Positions 1 to 13,620 are shown, numbered from the whole stretch's first letter. The stretch is DNA of 51,348 bases, filler included, from Sphacelaria rigidula (GCA_964200075.2; 3 parts of 3 records of this genome joined end to end with filler, not necessarily neighbours in it); one strand, 5' to 3'. The notes: a model not told the origin generated them from the letters alone. Translations and numbers: made by a program.

Positions 1-145
1 ATCTAGCTCGACTACCATCATGGTTACCGCAAAAACAAACGCAAGCGCGCAAAACAAAAGCGGTAACCTGATTGTTTAGCTCACCTAGTGAGTAGCGTGT
101 TTTATAGCATCGTCGCCAACCGACGCCAACCCCATGGGGGGTCCG

Positions 146-190
146 CCCCTACAAAGCCGGGACGGAGCACGCCGAGTTCTCGCCGGACCA
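146..190 (-). repeat. Partial copy of short repeat family X
   Basis: tacaaagccgggacggagcacgccgagttctcgccggacc recurs at 9573-9613, 16960-16995 and (reverse, partial) from 34302. Confidence 0.8.
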
Positions 191-191
191 G

Positions 192-705
192 TGGAAGGGA
201 TGGGAGGTGCCGAAAGAGTGGAAATACTCAATCATCAAAGTGCTATCCAAGAAATTGAACCGGTCGAACTGCAACAACTGCAGGGGGATCTCACTGGTCT
301 CGAACGCCGGAAAAGTGCTCCTGAAAATAGTGGCCTATCACCTCAGCGAAGCCCACGGGATCCTGCCGGAGGAGCAGTGCGGTTTCAGACCTGGTCGATC
401 CACCGTCGATATACTCCTTATAGTTCGCCGACTCCAGGAACATGGGCGGCGGTGGAGGATACCTCTGTATATGTGCTTCGTCGACCTACAGAAGGCCTGT
501 GACTCGGTTGACCGAGAGCTTCTGTAGCAGATGCTTGCCCAAGCTGGTAATCCGGATGAGATTATCGTCGTTATCTTCCAATCTCATGGCGTGCAGGCCC
601 GCGTGTGCATGGACGACGGGGAGCTCTCGGAGTGGTTCGAGGTCACACAGGAATTGTGACTAGGATAGGTATTATCTCCACTGCTGTTCAATATTTTTTT
701 CGCGC
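192..705 (+). mobile_element. Non-LTR (RTE-like LINE) reverse transcriptase fragment, pseudogenised
   Basis: Translation VPKEWKYSII...NCRGISLVSNAGKVL...EEQCGFRPGRSTVD...FVDLQKACDSVDR, then a stop at 525-527 and LSEWFEVTQ...LSPLLFNIF. These are LINE RT N-terminal motifs with stops and a frameshift. Confidence 0.88.
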
Positions 706-754
706 CGGGGTAACAAAATGTTGCAGTGCACTGGGGTAAATTCCCCGCCGGAGT

Positions 755-1058
755 TCTTTTTTTCCTCACACTTTGAACGCCTCCTCTTCCTCGGGATGAG
801 TCCGTGGTCTCAAGGGATGAGCCCATCTCTCCCCCGGTACGTGCCTTTCATTTTGGTCTCGCGAATTGGATCAGCACTCCCGCACCGCGTCAACTCACGT
901 CACACAAATTCAGTCGACTACTTTGTTTACTCACGTTCTCACGCTTTCCACGGTGGATACCATACCTTACGAAGAAAAACCCAACACGTCGGGAATGGAA
1001 CCCCTGTTCTCGCCACCCTAATGGCGACAGTCGGACCATTACACCACTGGGGCGCGGC
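755..1058 (-). mobile_element. tRNA-derived SINE, family A, copy 1
   Basis: Minus-strand head has box A TGGTGTAATGG and box B-like GGTTCCATTCCC. It aligns along its length with 13770-14074 and has an A-rich 3' end. Confidence 0.75.
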
Positions 1059-1499
1059 TTACGCCGGCTATGTCCTTTCCCCACTCGTATCGACACATCC
1101 CTGGTGGGTCTCAAGAACCAAGGTACAGATGTCGCTTGTATGTTCAGTTCCAAGACAGATGTACGGTACCATACATCCTTGTCGTACTGGATTATTTCAT
1201 GCTGGGTTTCACAAGCCAGGTACGCGCGGTTGTATGGAGACTTTTTAGAGGCAGCTCCATGTACGAATATACTAAATAGGACAGAAACAAAAACCACGTA
1301 GCAGCAATACGCCACTTCGGGGGAAGGGGTACGATGAAAGAAAGGAATTGGCAAGACAAGAAAGGACATGGGAGGAATGTACCCTGTTTAAATGTACACG
1401 ACAACTTGGACCAATGCGCGCTATGCCGAGGATCGTTTCAAGGGCAGGTCGGGTAGGCTATGTACTTTTGAATACTCGGGTAAATACCTGGGTAGTTCC

Positions 1500-1950
1500 T
1501 CTATCCAACGTTTGGGTAGATTGGGTGCGGCCTCAATACTCCATCCAAATTTCGGGTAGATTGGGTACGGCCTCAAATACTCTACACATACTTTGGGTAT
1601 ATTGACTATGACCTCAAGTATTCTACCAATATTGGGTAAGCACTCTCAGCAATACCTGGGTATAGAGTATCACTTGGGTATGACCTCAATACTCTACCCA
1701 AATTTTGGTAGATTGGGTATGACCTCGAAGACACTACCCAAATTTTTGGTAGATTGAGTACGACCTCAAATACTCTACCCAATATTGGGTAAGTCATCTC
1801 AGTGACACTTGAGTATAGAGTATCACTTGGGTATGACCTCAATATTCTACCCAAATTTTGGGTAGATTGAGTATGACCTCCAATACTTCACCCAGTAGTG
1901 GGTAAGTCATCTCAGTAATACTCAGGGTGTAGAGCATCACTTGGGTATGA
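1500..1950. repeat. Left subterminal array of ~38-40 bp quasi-palindromic units
   Basis: Repeated ctcaatactctacccaaattttgggtagattgagtatgac and variants. Confidence 0.88.
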
Positions 1951-2504
1951 TGAGTAAACGTGACTGTTGGTGATTTCGTGACGTCACTTCACCGACTATG
2001 TCGAATATATGGGCGAACGGAGGCCATCAATGAGATGAGTGACGTGACGTCACAGGCTACAATGAGTATGAGCGAACGATGGTCATAAAGAAACAAAAGA
2101 AGCGTGCAGGCGCATGAACCTACCTGCCCCACCCCCGACAGTACATACCCATACCCATACTTCGCACTTGGCATCCTCTTCGATATCAGTTTCAGTAGAA
2201 AGCGCTACGCTTCATCATTGGGTAATCGAGTTGACGGGTAGCCGGGTAAATATTGTAAAAATGAGCGACCCCACGGACTGCCCATCTGACCCCTCTATGG
2301 GAAACCCAGCGGTGGAAGCGGTGGAAGATGTGGGAACACCGCAAGAGTCGCGGGGGGAAACAACCGAAAAAGGCGACGGGGTCAGGAGTGATAGACCTGA
2401 CCCCAAAACAGGTCCCGGTGGTCCGTGTTGTACAGGTGGTGTGGGTATCTTGCGTACGAACTTGAATACTTAATTTATGCCCAAGGTTTCGGTATATTGG
2501 GTCC

Positions 2505-2920
2505 AGCCTCAGATATTCTACCCAGTTTTTGGGCAGATTGGGTGTGACCTTGAATACTGCACCCAAATTTTGGGTAGATTGGGTACGGCTACAAAAAATG
2601 CTTTACCCCAAATTTTGGGTAGATTGAGTGCGACCTCAAATACTCTACCCGATGTTGGGTAAACACTCTTAGCAATACCTGAGTGTAGAGTATCACTTGG
2701 TTATCACCTCAATACTCTACCCAAATTTTCGGTAAATTGAGTACGACCTCGAATACTCTACTCAGATACCCCACCCAATATTGGGCAAGTCATCTCAGGA
2801 ATACTTGAGTTTCGAGTATCACTTGGGTATGACCTCAATACTCTACCCAATGTTTGGGTACATTGAGTATGGCCTCAAATACTCTACACAATCTCAAATA
2901 CTCCACCCAAATTTTGGGCA
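2505..2920. repeat. Right subterminal array, same units and same orientation as the left array
   Basis: Repeated ctctacccaaattttgggtagattgagt and gagtatcacttgggtatgacctcaatactc. Confidence 0.88.
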
Positions 2921-3670
2921 CTAAAAGTACGACTTAAAAAAAATACCGAGCGTTGGGTACACCCTACTCGACCTGCCCTTGGAACGTTTTTTGCCGTGTT
3001 ACTACCGGAGCTCCCTGTGTGTCTATAGAAATGATGCCGAAACAAAATGAATAGCCCATTACGTAGTATACTCGCTAGTGCGTCTGCCGCCTTCGGGAGT
3101 ACTTTTGTGCTTTTTCTCCGTGGGTACCACGGGATGGTTGCTTCACTCTCCCCAGGTATCCATTTAGTTCCTAATTTCCTCACCTTATCAGCAAATCTGA
3201 TTTTGTTTGTTGTACCACGCCCCGACCAAGTCGGGAGGAGGATTTTTCTCTTCTGATTTTTCGACGTCTCTTACGTTTTATTTCGTTCATCTTTGTTTCG
3301 TTTTCGGAGTCTCAGCAAAAGCCGCTTATTGATGAGCCCTTCTATCTCACGCGAGGAAACATATTGACGGTAATGGAAAGACGAGCGTACGTCTGGGATC
3401 ACGGATCGAGAGATCGGGCGAATATGCGGAAATAAAAATGCAACTCATACAACAAAAGTAGCGATAAAAGTAACAACAATAACAGTAGAGCTCTTATGAT
3501 GATGATCAGAAAAGTTGATGGTAACGGTGAGGAATAATAGTCGTTATGGGAACGATTAAGAAGAAAAAGAAGAGCAACGGTAAGGAGAAAAATTAAAATA
3601 ATTTTAAATAATATATTAACCATAACAATAATAATAAAGAATAAAGAATAAAGAATAAAGAATAAAGGCA

Positions 3671-4065
<395 letters not shown>

Positions 4066-7000
4066 TACAAGCTGGGCAGGGCAACAACTCGAGAATTCGT
4101 CAATATCGCCACGCGGAGCCAACAACTTTCGACAAGTGACTGGCCGACACATGTCTTGAAGCCCTAAGTTCTCATTCATTTCTTCTGGTCGAGACATGAT
4201 CGACCATGATGACGGTCAACTCGAGTGGTCGGTCGTATCTGGGCCAGACTAAAAGCAGGCAGAGTTTTTAGATATGCGTCAGCGAGTACCTTGCGAATCA
4301 CGAAAAAAAATCGGGTCCTAACTCGGAGCATTGAGCACCGCGGGACCATATTTGCAGATATCGTTCCGAAACTGCTGCGCACACAGAATTACATACAATT
4401 TAGGGAATGTATAGTTTTTCGACAACAACTTTCGAACGACGGTGAATCACAGAATAGCCCCTTCACCACTTCTTCTTGCATCTGGATTTATTACGCTCCC
4501 ACAATTTGGTCAAAATCGTCATTGTCTATTTTTACCTAAATGTTTCAGGGTAGCCAATACACATACCCGACGACACAACAGTGTCGAGGCGGGGGCGTGA
4601 GTTTAACAGCACCAACACGGTGGCTTCCAAAAGCGCATAGCTTCGCGTGCCTGCTTTGACTAGAAAACCTCAACGATAGGCTCAGTTTGCCCTGACCAAT
4701 GGCCGTTCGAATGATACGACCATCAGGCACAAATATGCTTGTTGGCAGGCCTAGCTTGTATTCGATGGGTATTGTACACAAGCGTGCTTGCCGTATGCTC
4801 CACGTTTCACGTCACCCTCTGTCACGTATTCTTCGAACTCGATTTCCTCAACCACGTGAATGGAGACCTTCCGGAATTATATCCCCGGCTGACTTTCTCA
4901 CCACCGTAAATCTCAACGATATCGCTCCGTTGACGAGCTCCATCCCCAGAGACAACACGTTCCGCTTTCTGGAGCCCTCCACCCCTGAAGCACATACTAT
5001 ACAGGTTGAGATTTTTCCCTACTTCCCTGGCGGTGTACCGACGGTTAATGTACGGATCGAACGCCCGATCAAGTTTGCGGTGAAGGTCCTCAACTGCCAG
5101 AATACTCTGCTAGAGTACTCCGTGCATTTACACCCATCGGACAAGTCTGTCGAACGCCCCAAGTTCTCACCTCGTGAGCATTGTACTCTTTGAGATTGTC
5201 AAGGATGACACCATCATCACCGGGAGGAGTTATCGCCTGCTTTCCACGGAAAGCGCGGATCACATCCTTTCGTGCGCAAGAGGTAATACTCGTATGGCCA
5301 TCGGTTACGCGATTGTCTAGACTACTACGGCGTACATTCCCACATTTTCCGACGACTCACTTGTGAACCCATTGCGTAGTTTCGGTATAAACGTCAAAGC
5401 TTTCCTCCCAGAAGCTTCTCTTCCATTCTGCCATCACTCCGACCACACCTTCAGCCTCGTAATCATGCCACGCCTCGCGCAGGGCCTAAGATACCCATCA
5501 AGAAGGGCGTATACGCGTAATTCTCGTAATGTGTTATACAGAGGGTAACAGCCGAAATACTCAGGCGTTGTGCGCAAACGTACACGGACCTGATCGTACG
5601 AAAACTTGATCGGGGACAAAACAGGTGAAGATACACAAGCAGAAGGAAAACGCTTGATTTACGCATTGCTTCGCAGGGTGCAAATGTGCTTGAATTACGC
5701 ATTACCTTGCAGAGTGCAAAGATGGAGTTATTCTCGCAGGCGCCAAAATCTAGTAACTACTCGAAATAGGTGGTGTGGACAGCTCGCTTACTGTGATGTT
5801 GAGGACACTTTCTACGATAGCCCCTCCCAAAAATTGCCTGATTCGGGGAGGCAAAATCTTCACAGAAATCGAAATAAAAAAAGCCAAGCACAACAAGCAG
5901 CTGGAAATTTCCACGCGTGGGTTCGTTCTCGCCAATGTCGCCCATATGAGTGGCCTCAGGCAGCCTGAACCCAAACATCAGGCGCTGTATGACCATTTTT
6001 TTCGTGACACTTTTGGGCTGGTTTGGGGGGGGGAGCTATTGTAGGAAGTGTCTGAGATGGATCCAAGAAGCTTGGTATGAAAATGACCGTGAGTACAAGG
6101 GACAGATCGAGTAATGCAGGGAAAAAAAATACTAAAAGGTGGTGTGTGTGCTCACGGATATATTTACAACCATGAGTATAAAGAGTGAGCGTCTTGTCCC
6201 ATGAGCCCCATTGTCACTGGTTTTGCGTGGTTCTGAAAGCCCGGTCCCCAAACATTTCGCAAACGCGGAAATCCTGTTTTGAGTTGCTCGTTATGATTTA
6301 TTCGCCACGAGCGCATCACGAATTGGCGCAACACAAGACATGCATCGTCGAGCAGCTGCAACTTACAATTTTCCAACGATGCCATGGCTTCTTTGCGATC
6401 GTCTTCATCTGAAAGCGTGCCCCCAAACGCATAGTTTTGGTTTTTCGAAAAATGGGAAAAACCAAGAAACGACGGAAATCGAAAAAATGTAGATTGCGCA
6501 AATTTCTCTTGACGCTGATCTCTACTTGCAATTCACCTCCGTAGTAACTCAACTCCAGACATCAGTGTTCACTCACTATTGCAAAAATACAGGAGGAGTT
6601 GATTGGGCACAGTTGGCTGTGACACAACATCGAAACGATAGTCCAGAAGCTGTACAAGGATTAACAACATTTTTCGGACCGTTTCATCCTCTTATCATGC
6701 TTGTCGCAACGGCTGCACAATGTTGTGTGAGGTGACTACACCTTTCTGGCATCCTTCCTCCGCTGCTTGATTCGTCCCTTCGTCCACGTTTTCCACTCCG
6801 CGAATGTTTCTCGCATACCGAGGCCTACCCACATCGCAGTGATCCTGCGTAGCACCTGTACAAGCATCGCGGAGCTTGTGTTTCGGCGACCGCATGAGAA
6901 ATCCAGGTTGATAGGGTTGGTGATACAATTTAGGGCTGAAACCTAATCAATACGACGAAACCGTCATCTCCCTCGTCACGTTGCCGCGGCTCGACACGAA

Positions 7001-8982
7001 CCTCAGAGGATCATACCCTCTGTCCACATCGAAAGACTTATTTGCGAACGTAACATCTCCGTGACCTTGAAAGCAATAGCCGCAAGCGCAAGCTTCACGA
7101 CGAACATTGGAAAAATCTCTGCTGCTACTGAAAGCAACGCCGACGCCGATGTAAATCGAGATAACGTTATCAAATCTTACCGGAGATGAATATGGCAACA
7201 TGTCTCGAGTGTACGCTGTATTGACATGCCTTTACCTTGTGCTCAGCTTCTGCCTTCTCCCTGGCCTCTTCACCACGTTCCTCCATTTCCTGCTGTACCA
7301 AGTCTATCATCATCTCGTCGACGAGGTCTTGGAATCCCTTGTGCCCCCGGCCGACTTTTTTCTTGGCTGCGCTTTGGATCTTCCGCGATGTTGCCGCTGC
7401 GGCCTACCAAAAAACGGCGGATTCGATATCACAAGCCCAGAAGCGGCATCGTTACGAAGACAAGTGATTAACTACGGTTTGCAGCATTTTGTACTCGGGA
7501 CTCCTCCTGCTGCCGCTGTAGGTGCCACTACCGCCACTACCACTGCCATCAGACCTGCGCCCGGACGGGCAGGGTGACTCATGTACAGGGTCGAGCTGGG
7601 GAACATTGCACGGTAAGGACGAATAATCACGACTACTAACCACCAAATCCACGATTTATTCGGCCTGATTGCCCAAAAGGGAGAAAAACGTTGACCGCTG
7701 ATCCAAGGGGCATCCACGCAACGTTTGCGCTATTCTACGTGTCTGGGCTGCGTGTACCTGGGTTGCAACGCTGGAAACAAAGCCTAGGGATTGATTCGTA
7801 CGATTCGAAACAATTATACTGAAGCCAAGTAATTCCCAGACGAATCATTACTTGTCCGAACCTTGGAACATTGTAGAAGGTTTGCTCGGTGAGGAAGACC
7901 CTACCTAGTTAAGGAAGAGTGATATTTTCAAGTTGGAGACCACCTGAGCGTGGGGGCACTCCCACCTTGGTGCCTATCCGTACATCCGACCGGACTACCT
8001 AGCCTGAGGGCTCGGTACGTACGACGAGTGGAGTGCACTCGAATGCACTGCACGAAACAAGAAATAGCGACGTGTATGGTGTAAGGTTTCTTCCTGTCTC
8101 CTGGGGACGAAAAAAACCCCACTGTCGTCACCACGAGCACTAGCCCCTGCACCACCAACGCCACGAAATATCACGGGACAAAGCCACAACGGTGTTCCAA
8201 ATTCATCAAGTAGGAAGCCAATGGTTGGTTCCTCAACGTTGATCCGCTTCCCGAGACATCCGTTTTCTCTCTTGTCCAGTGGACTACGTCGTTTTTCTCC
8301 ACGGGGCGTCGCCGTGGGAATAGAGGGAATGACTCACTTGCCGTTCCACTCTTTCGACCTCTTGCTCGAGTTTCTGGTCCAGCTCTTCCAACTCTTTGTC
8401 TTCCGGCAGTTCACGCATACGCTGAAGGGCCTGTTCAAGCATGGGCAACGGTGGCCATCGATAAGCCATGCCCTTTGACTATCGGGAGCAACGTGAAACT
8501 TGTCGGAAATCCTTCAAATGTTAGCTGTAGGTAAACCAGCTTCTCACGCACCGCGGCATGTCAGAGTCATAATAGACGAATCTCCCTCGAATCTCCCTCA
8601 TTCCCGAGAACTCGCAAAAAATACCCGTACTCTTTCCTACAAATGCTATCAAACTGCGGTCAAGCCATTCACATTCAGCCCATATAGTGAATAAGTATCC
8701 AGCCCGTGCTGTGGCCGAGCGATTGAGTTTGCACAATTTGCCGCCGTACCAGTTTATCGCTGGCCCCCAGAAGTTTCAATGTTTTTTCGTGAAACCTGCG
8801 AGAGCTCGAGCGTGAAATTTCGTATCCTGGAAAATGCATGCAGGATTTTCTCCTCAATACATCTGGTTCCCTTTGTTGAAAACGTGAGGTTGTGAATAGC
8901 AGAAGAAGGTCTTTTGCCGATGTTCGACGCGGTGCACAAGTCTTGGTCCACTCCACGATAGCAGAGACAAGGCGTTTATCGA

Positions 8983-9066
8983 GGGGGGGGGGGAGGGGGG
9001 ATACTCATTTGTTGCTTGCCTTAGTCGTTTGACCATTGACCACGCACCCCTTTCGAGACGGAGCAT
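8983..9066 (-). mobile_element. 3' terminus fragment of LINE family Y
   Basis: G-run followed by tactcatttgttgcttgccttagtcgtttgaccattgaccacgcacccctttcgagacggagca, matching the end of the LINE at 50192-51348. Confidence 0.8.
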
Positions 9067-9514
9067 TTTTCAGGGATAGGGCAACAGCGTTTGGCTTCTG
9101 GATCACACTGCCAGGACAGGACACAGCCTGCAAGAAAATGACGAACCCTGTGCCCGAACAGAGGAGGGAAACCGATGGTCACGACCACCGAGGGTATCGG
9201 TCAGCCTAGACGGTCGCCCCGTACGAGGCGCGTAAAGCCGCGAATACTGCACCCCTCGCCCACTCAAGCCAGAGACAAGAGTGTGCAGAGCTTTCCCGCT
9301 GCGGAAAATCCGCTCATGCTTCGATAGAGGCTCAGAATCTTGCAGCTGCATTGCCAGTGAGCCGTATCTGGCAACTGTGGAGCGCCGACGCGCCCGAGCA
9401 AGTGCCCCCCCCCCCGATGGTGGAGATCCGGAGGGCTCCGCCACGTCGTGGAACGGGGGCGGGCACGGGTCGCGCCGATTTTGGTAACAGTCCTTCCGCA
9501 GGAGTGTGGGTGAA

Positions 9515-9613
9515 GGGGGGGTGTGCTCGTTACCTTGCATGCCGTGGTCATAAGCCTACTGACCCCACACCCGTACAAAGTCGGTTGGGAGCACGCCGGG
9601 TTTTCGCCGGACC
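9515..9613 (-). repeat. Repeat family X, diverged copy
   Basis: Aligns with 16902-16995. Confidence 0.7.
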
Positions 9614-9748
9614 AGGCCCGCAATCAATCACCAAGCGCGAAGCGCTGTGATGTGTTCGGCGAGTCGTATGAAGGGTGGGCTGCATCCTGCTGAGATTGTT
9701 TGGCCCGAAGCGTACTGATTATCTTGCATACGGATTACAGCCTCCAAA

Positions 9749-9825
9749 GAGTTGCTTTATTTTTCTGGTATCGCCACCTTCAGAAACAGCTGTGGGTTAC
9801 ACACTGCCCCATGGGTGTCTCACCA
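9749..9825. repeat. Dispersed repeat, homologous to 17158-17230
   Basis: gagttgctttat...tggtatcgccac...acactgcc is shared between the two sites. Confidence 0.65.
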
Positions 9826-10841
9826 TGTAAACACTGGGTGGAGGGGGGGCGGAGGTTGATCCTTGAGACTACGGGCTCGTCATGAGGAAGAAGAAATATG
9901 GGAAGGATGGCTGAAAGAAATCAAAATCCACACAAGTGTTATACATGGCCACACTGAAGCTAAGGAGTGCCTGCCAGTGGTTCTAGACAAAACACTACTC
10001 TCAAGTACTTCATGATGACACTATACTACACAAGAGATGTCCATGACACCACACTGAAGTCAAATAAGCACTAGACTGGGCCCGATATCATGGTTTCATT
10101 ATCCACTACAAAAATCAAGCAGTAACCGATGGTACACTTTTATCAAGTACTGAAAAATAGGGGACTCAAGTATTGCTGTTAACCCCGCTCTGATCGTCCC
10201 TTCCACCGCACTTTCAACGTCAGAGACCCCGCGGCGTTGAGCCTTCAAAAAGTGCGTTTCACAAATCGATGACCAAAAGCTAGCTGAATGTCGTCATTTC
10301 ATTCCTTCGAAAACCAGGTGTGTCAGCGATGGACAGCGTTCACGCAGCGTCTAGTATAGCACAACGTTACTGTATAGCGACGGGACATAACGAAGGATGC
10401 ACACTAACGCTACCCTATTGTTTAAATAAGTCAACCACGAGTGCAATTGTCACCTGATCAATTTGTGCCTCTTTCTGTTCTTTGGCCCACCCGCGAAGCT
10501 CCTTCACTTCATCTTCCATCACTTTCACCTTGTTCTGTGCAGACATCCGCGAGATGGCAAATAGCGACAGCATTTCTCGTCACGATGCTCGACTATCTAC
10601 TCAATCGGGTGTAGCCCATGTAGCTACCCTTTTCACCGTATCTTTCCCTTCGGTATGGTGTATTTTCGCATTTCATATACAGTACGATTCGTAACGTGAT
10701 TAGAGGAGAACCGTCATCGTCTAACCAATTCAAATGCACGATCAACCAGGGGTACCGGACACAAGTGGACCACAGGGCGTGCTACTAAGGGGGTTCAAGT
10801 CATACTCCCGGTTTGCATTAATAAATCACACACCTTTGAAA

Positions 10842-10986
10842 ATATATGGTCAATAGTTGCAATAGACGACAAATGTACCGCATAAAGTATAGGCCTATTG
10901 CAACTATTGTGGGCCGATAATAGTTGCAATAAGCCTATATACTTTACGCGGTACATTTCTGTTTATTGCAGCTATTGACCATATAT
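10842..10986. mobile_element. Palindromic MITE-like foldback in a TA context
   Basis: ~70-bp arms tatatggtcaatagttgcaata... and ...tattgcagctattgaccatata with almost no loop. Confidence 0.7.
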
Positions 10987-11249
10987 AGTGTCCAAGGTGC
11001 GATGGGTTACCATTGCTTGCTTCGAAGGGGCGGGGAGGCTAGCGGCAAAGACTCGCGTAGCTTCCAAGCTCGTTTGGATGTAGTCCGACGGTCGTATCAT
11101 GTCTCTATGATTAGCCGTGAGACATGCCGACATAGGAAGAGCGCATCAAACCGCTCATTCTGGTTTCTCATGCTTCGAGTGACGGTTTAGCATCACAATG
11201 GTTGGTTGATCAGGCGCTGGAGCGGGATCACCAGCACACGTCACAAGAA

Positions 11250-13620
11250 ATAGGTGAGTGTGACGAACGGGGGAGCTCATTATCGACCCTCGCCGTCGTA
11301 CCTTCACGTCCGTCAAGCGGTATTCCCGGGCCTTTTGGAGTTTTTCCCTCGACTTTGTGAACTTCTTCTCCACCGTGCTTCTGCGATGTGCTTTCAATGT
11401 GTCCGTTCCGCCCTTAGACTCTTCCACCTGTTTGCCAGTATCAACGAAATAAACCCACTTTCACGTTACAAATTACGTTTTTCGGGTATATTTCGTGAGC
11501 GGTCACTCGTGAGCAATGGTGGTGATTAGTGCATCTTTATACCTGCGTATCATCGGTTGCGATTTCGGCTCCGTTTTTGTACGGGGTACTCCGCTGGGGC
11601 GAAACCATATAGTACTGGCGGTGGGAGGGCGTTGTTTTGAAGTAGATGACACATTGAACGCGATGTATATACGGTGCCAAATACTTCAAAACACTGGTGG
11701 CTTCAGCTTTGGTGGGCAAAAAAGAGCAGACGCCAACATGCCATAAGCGCTTGTGCTGCCGTTGTGTTCATTGCTTCCCGAGTCGCGTTGCTCTCAGATC
11801 GAAGTGAGCATTTTGAGACTCTACCATCATTCCCAGCACAGAGTGTTCACCCATCCCCATCACAGAGAGCATGACAAATACCGCATGGCAGTGTGGCAGT
11901 GTGAAAGTGATGGAGGTGAACCGTTGCTGCACGGGAGACCGACACCATGAGCCTCCTCGAGGTTGCTGTATCGACGGCGACTCGACCGCACCAGTTGATC
12001 TTTGATGAGCTCTTCCGCCACCTTGATTGCCGCACTCCTGTAAAACTTCTTCCCCTGCTCGAGTCACGCAGGAGTAGACAGTTACACGAAACGAAGTCGA
12101 TTTGCCGCCAGGGTAGTGTCAGCGTACACGAAGCTACATATTTCTGGATACCGTAACAATGGCCGATGTAGCAGATACGTGCGATGGGTACATACGTGCA
12201 CCTTGCTGGCCACGAAATTGAACATTCTGGTGTTCTTGATGATACCCTGGAGCAATGCCCGCCATGGCCGCATGCACGGACGGCGCGGTGGCAGCGCGTC
12301 TCACTCGATTGAAGTTATAGCTGAGAAAAATGCGAAGACTGCATCGCTGAGACCCACCGTTAGCCACTCTTCAGTGTCATGTCGGGATTTGAAACTCGGT
12401 TTACAGCAACAACTGAACATTGTTCAGAACGTTTCCAGGATCCTCTTTGTGGTGTTCTGGGTAATCGAAAACTGTTCTAAACTGTCAAGCAAGCTGGACC
12501 TACATCTTCACTTTGAGTTCACGTATCTGAGGAGGGGGGTGCGGCGGCGGGGGGGGGGGATTCTCATTTGCTGCTTGCCTCAGTCGTTTGGCCATGGACC
12601 ACGCATCCCTTTCGAGACGGAGCACCGTTCCTACTCCTGATAGAGACACCTCCAACATTTAGGTGCTCATTGCGCTTTTTCCATACATTGCACGAGAACG
12701 TTTTACATATCTTATCTCCGTCCTGTTTCGCCGTCTGTGGCCGCCATCCATCTCATAGTATAGCCATGGTTTTCTCACTACTGTCTACTGTCCAATGCAT
12801 CAAACGATTCCATGCCACCTTCGTTCAAGAGTCGCATTTCCCCCTCTAGCACGTCTCGTTTCCCCCTGTGCAGTTCACATTCTGCAACTATATGACTTCT
12901 GCTCTCTATTGCTTTGTCACAGGGGCAGTTCTGTGCATCTACTTCCTCCTCCACGCGACTACTGGTATATCTCTTTCTACTCTCTGGGTACGGCGGGAGA
13001 CAAAGAGCAGGGTAAGATTTCATGCTGTTGACATTTCGTGGGGTTCCGGTCATTCCTTGGTGTTGGAAGCCTGTTACGCCTTTGCTTTCTTGATGATACA
13101 TTTCACGTATTTTAGACGTGAATTCATCTCCCAGCGCTGCAAATCATCTCTACCGATCCGTATCGAGACACCAAGCGTGACTCCGATATGCCCCCCTCCT
13201 TCAGAGATAGGGGCACTTTTGAAGGAAATTGATCTTGTTTCATGTCACGGGTCTCAAAAGTGATACGTGAACGTACCTCTATCGTCTCTGCACGGTCCTT
13301 GACGATCCGCTTTGCCAACGCAACACGGAAGTCGATATCTTCCTGCTCCAATGCCAACCGACGTCTGAGCCAGAGAAGGGCCATCAGCAGGGCAACACGT
13401 CGCGTAAAACAAGATCATCAAGCACGTGCTTTTTCTACATAGGGGACGCCATTTCTTCACATATCCGAGCTGTCGGAACGCTCGTCAGGTGTTTTTCGGC
13501 GGCGAGACGAGGGTCCATGCTAGAGCCTGTAGCTACAAATGACTTCGTTTGGGGCGTTTGTATGGCTCTTGTATCATCACCTCTCCTCTTGCTCTCGCTC
13601 CAGGATAATATCATGCTTGA
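11250..13620 (-). pseudogene. Decayed coding relic, possibly a DDE transposase, interrupted by a LINE insertion
   Basis: Successive protein-like minus-strand segments broken by stops and frameshifts, with motifs FRGQQGARM, HLHHFH and ESQNAHF. The family assignment is inference. Confidence 0.3.
12548..12985 (-). mobile_element. 5'-truncated LINE family Y copy with candidate TSD
   Basis: Encodes CPCDKAIESRSHIVAECEL, matching the ORF at 50426-50668. It is flanked by gggtgcggcgg (12537-12547) and gggtacggcgg (12986-12996). Confidence 0.85.

Larger units (their letters stand above)
1439..2981. mobile_element. Non-autonomous hAT-like DNA transposon
   Basis: TIR caagggcaggtcgggtagg (from 1439) pairs with cctactcgacctgcccttg (ending 2981). 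The 8-bp flanks gatcgttt (1431-1438) and gaacgttt (2982-2989) match 7/8, consistent with a TSD. Confidence 0.8.

Noticed and set aside
1500-2920. Palindromic repeats resembling CRISPR repeats or iterons
   Set aside because: There are no unique spacers, and they are explained as subterminal repeats within a TIR/TSD-bounded element.
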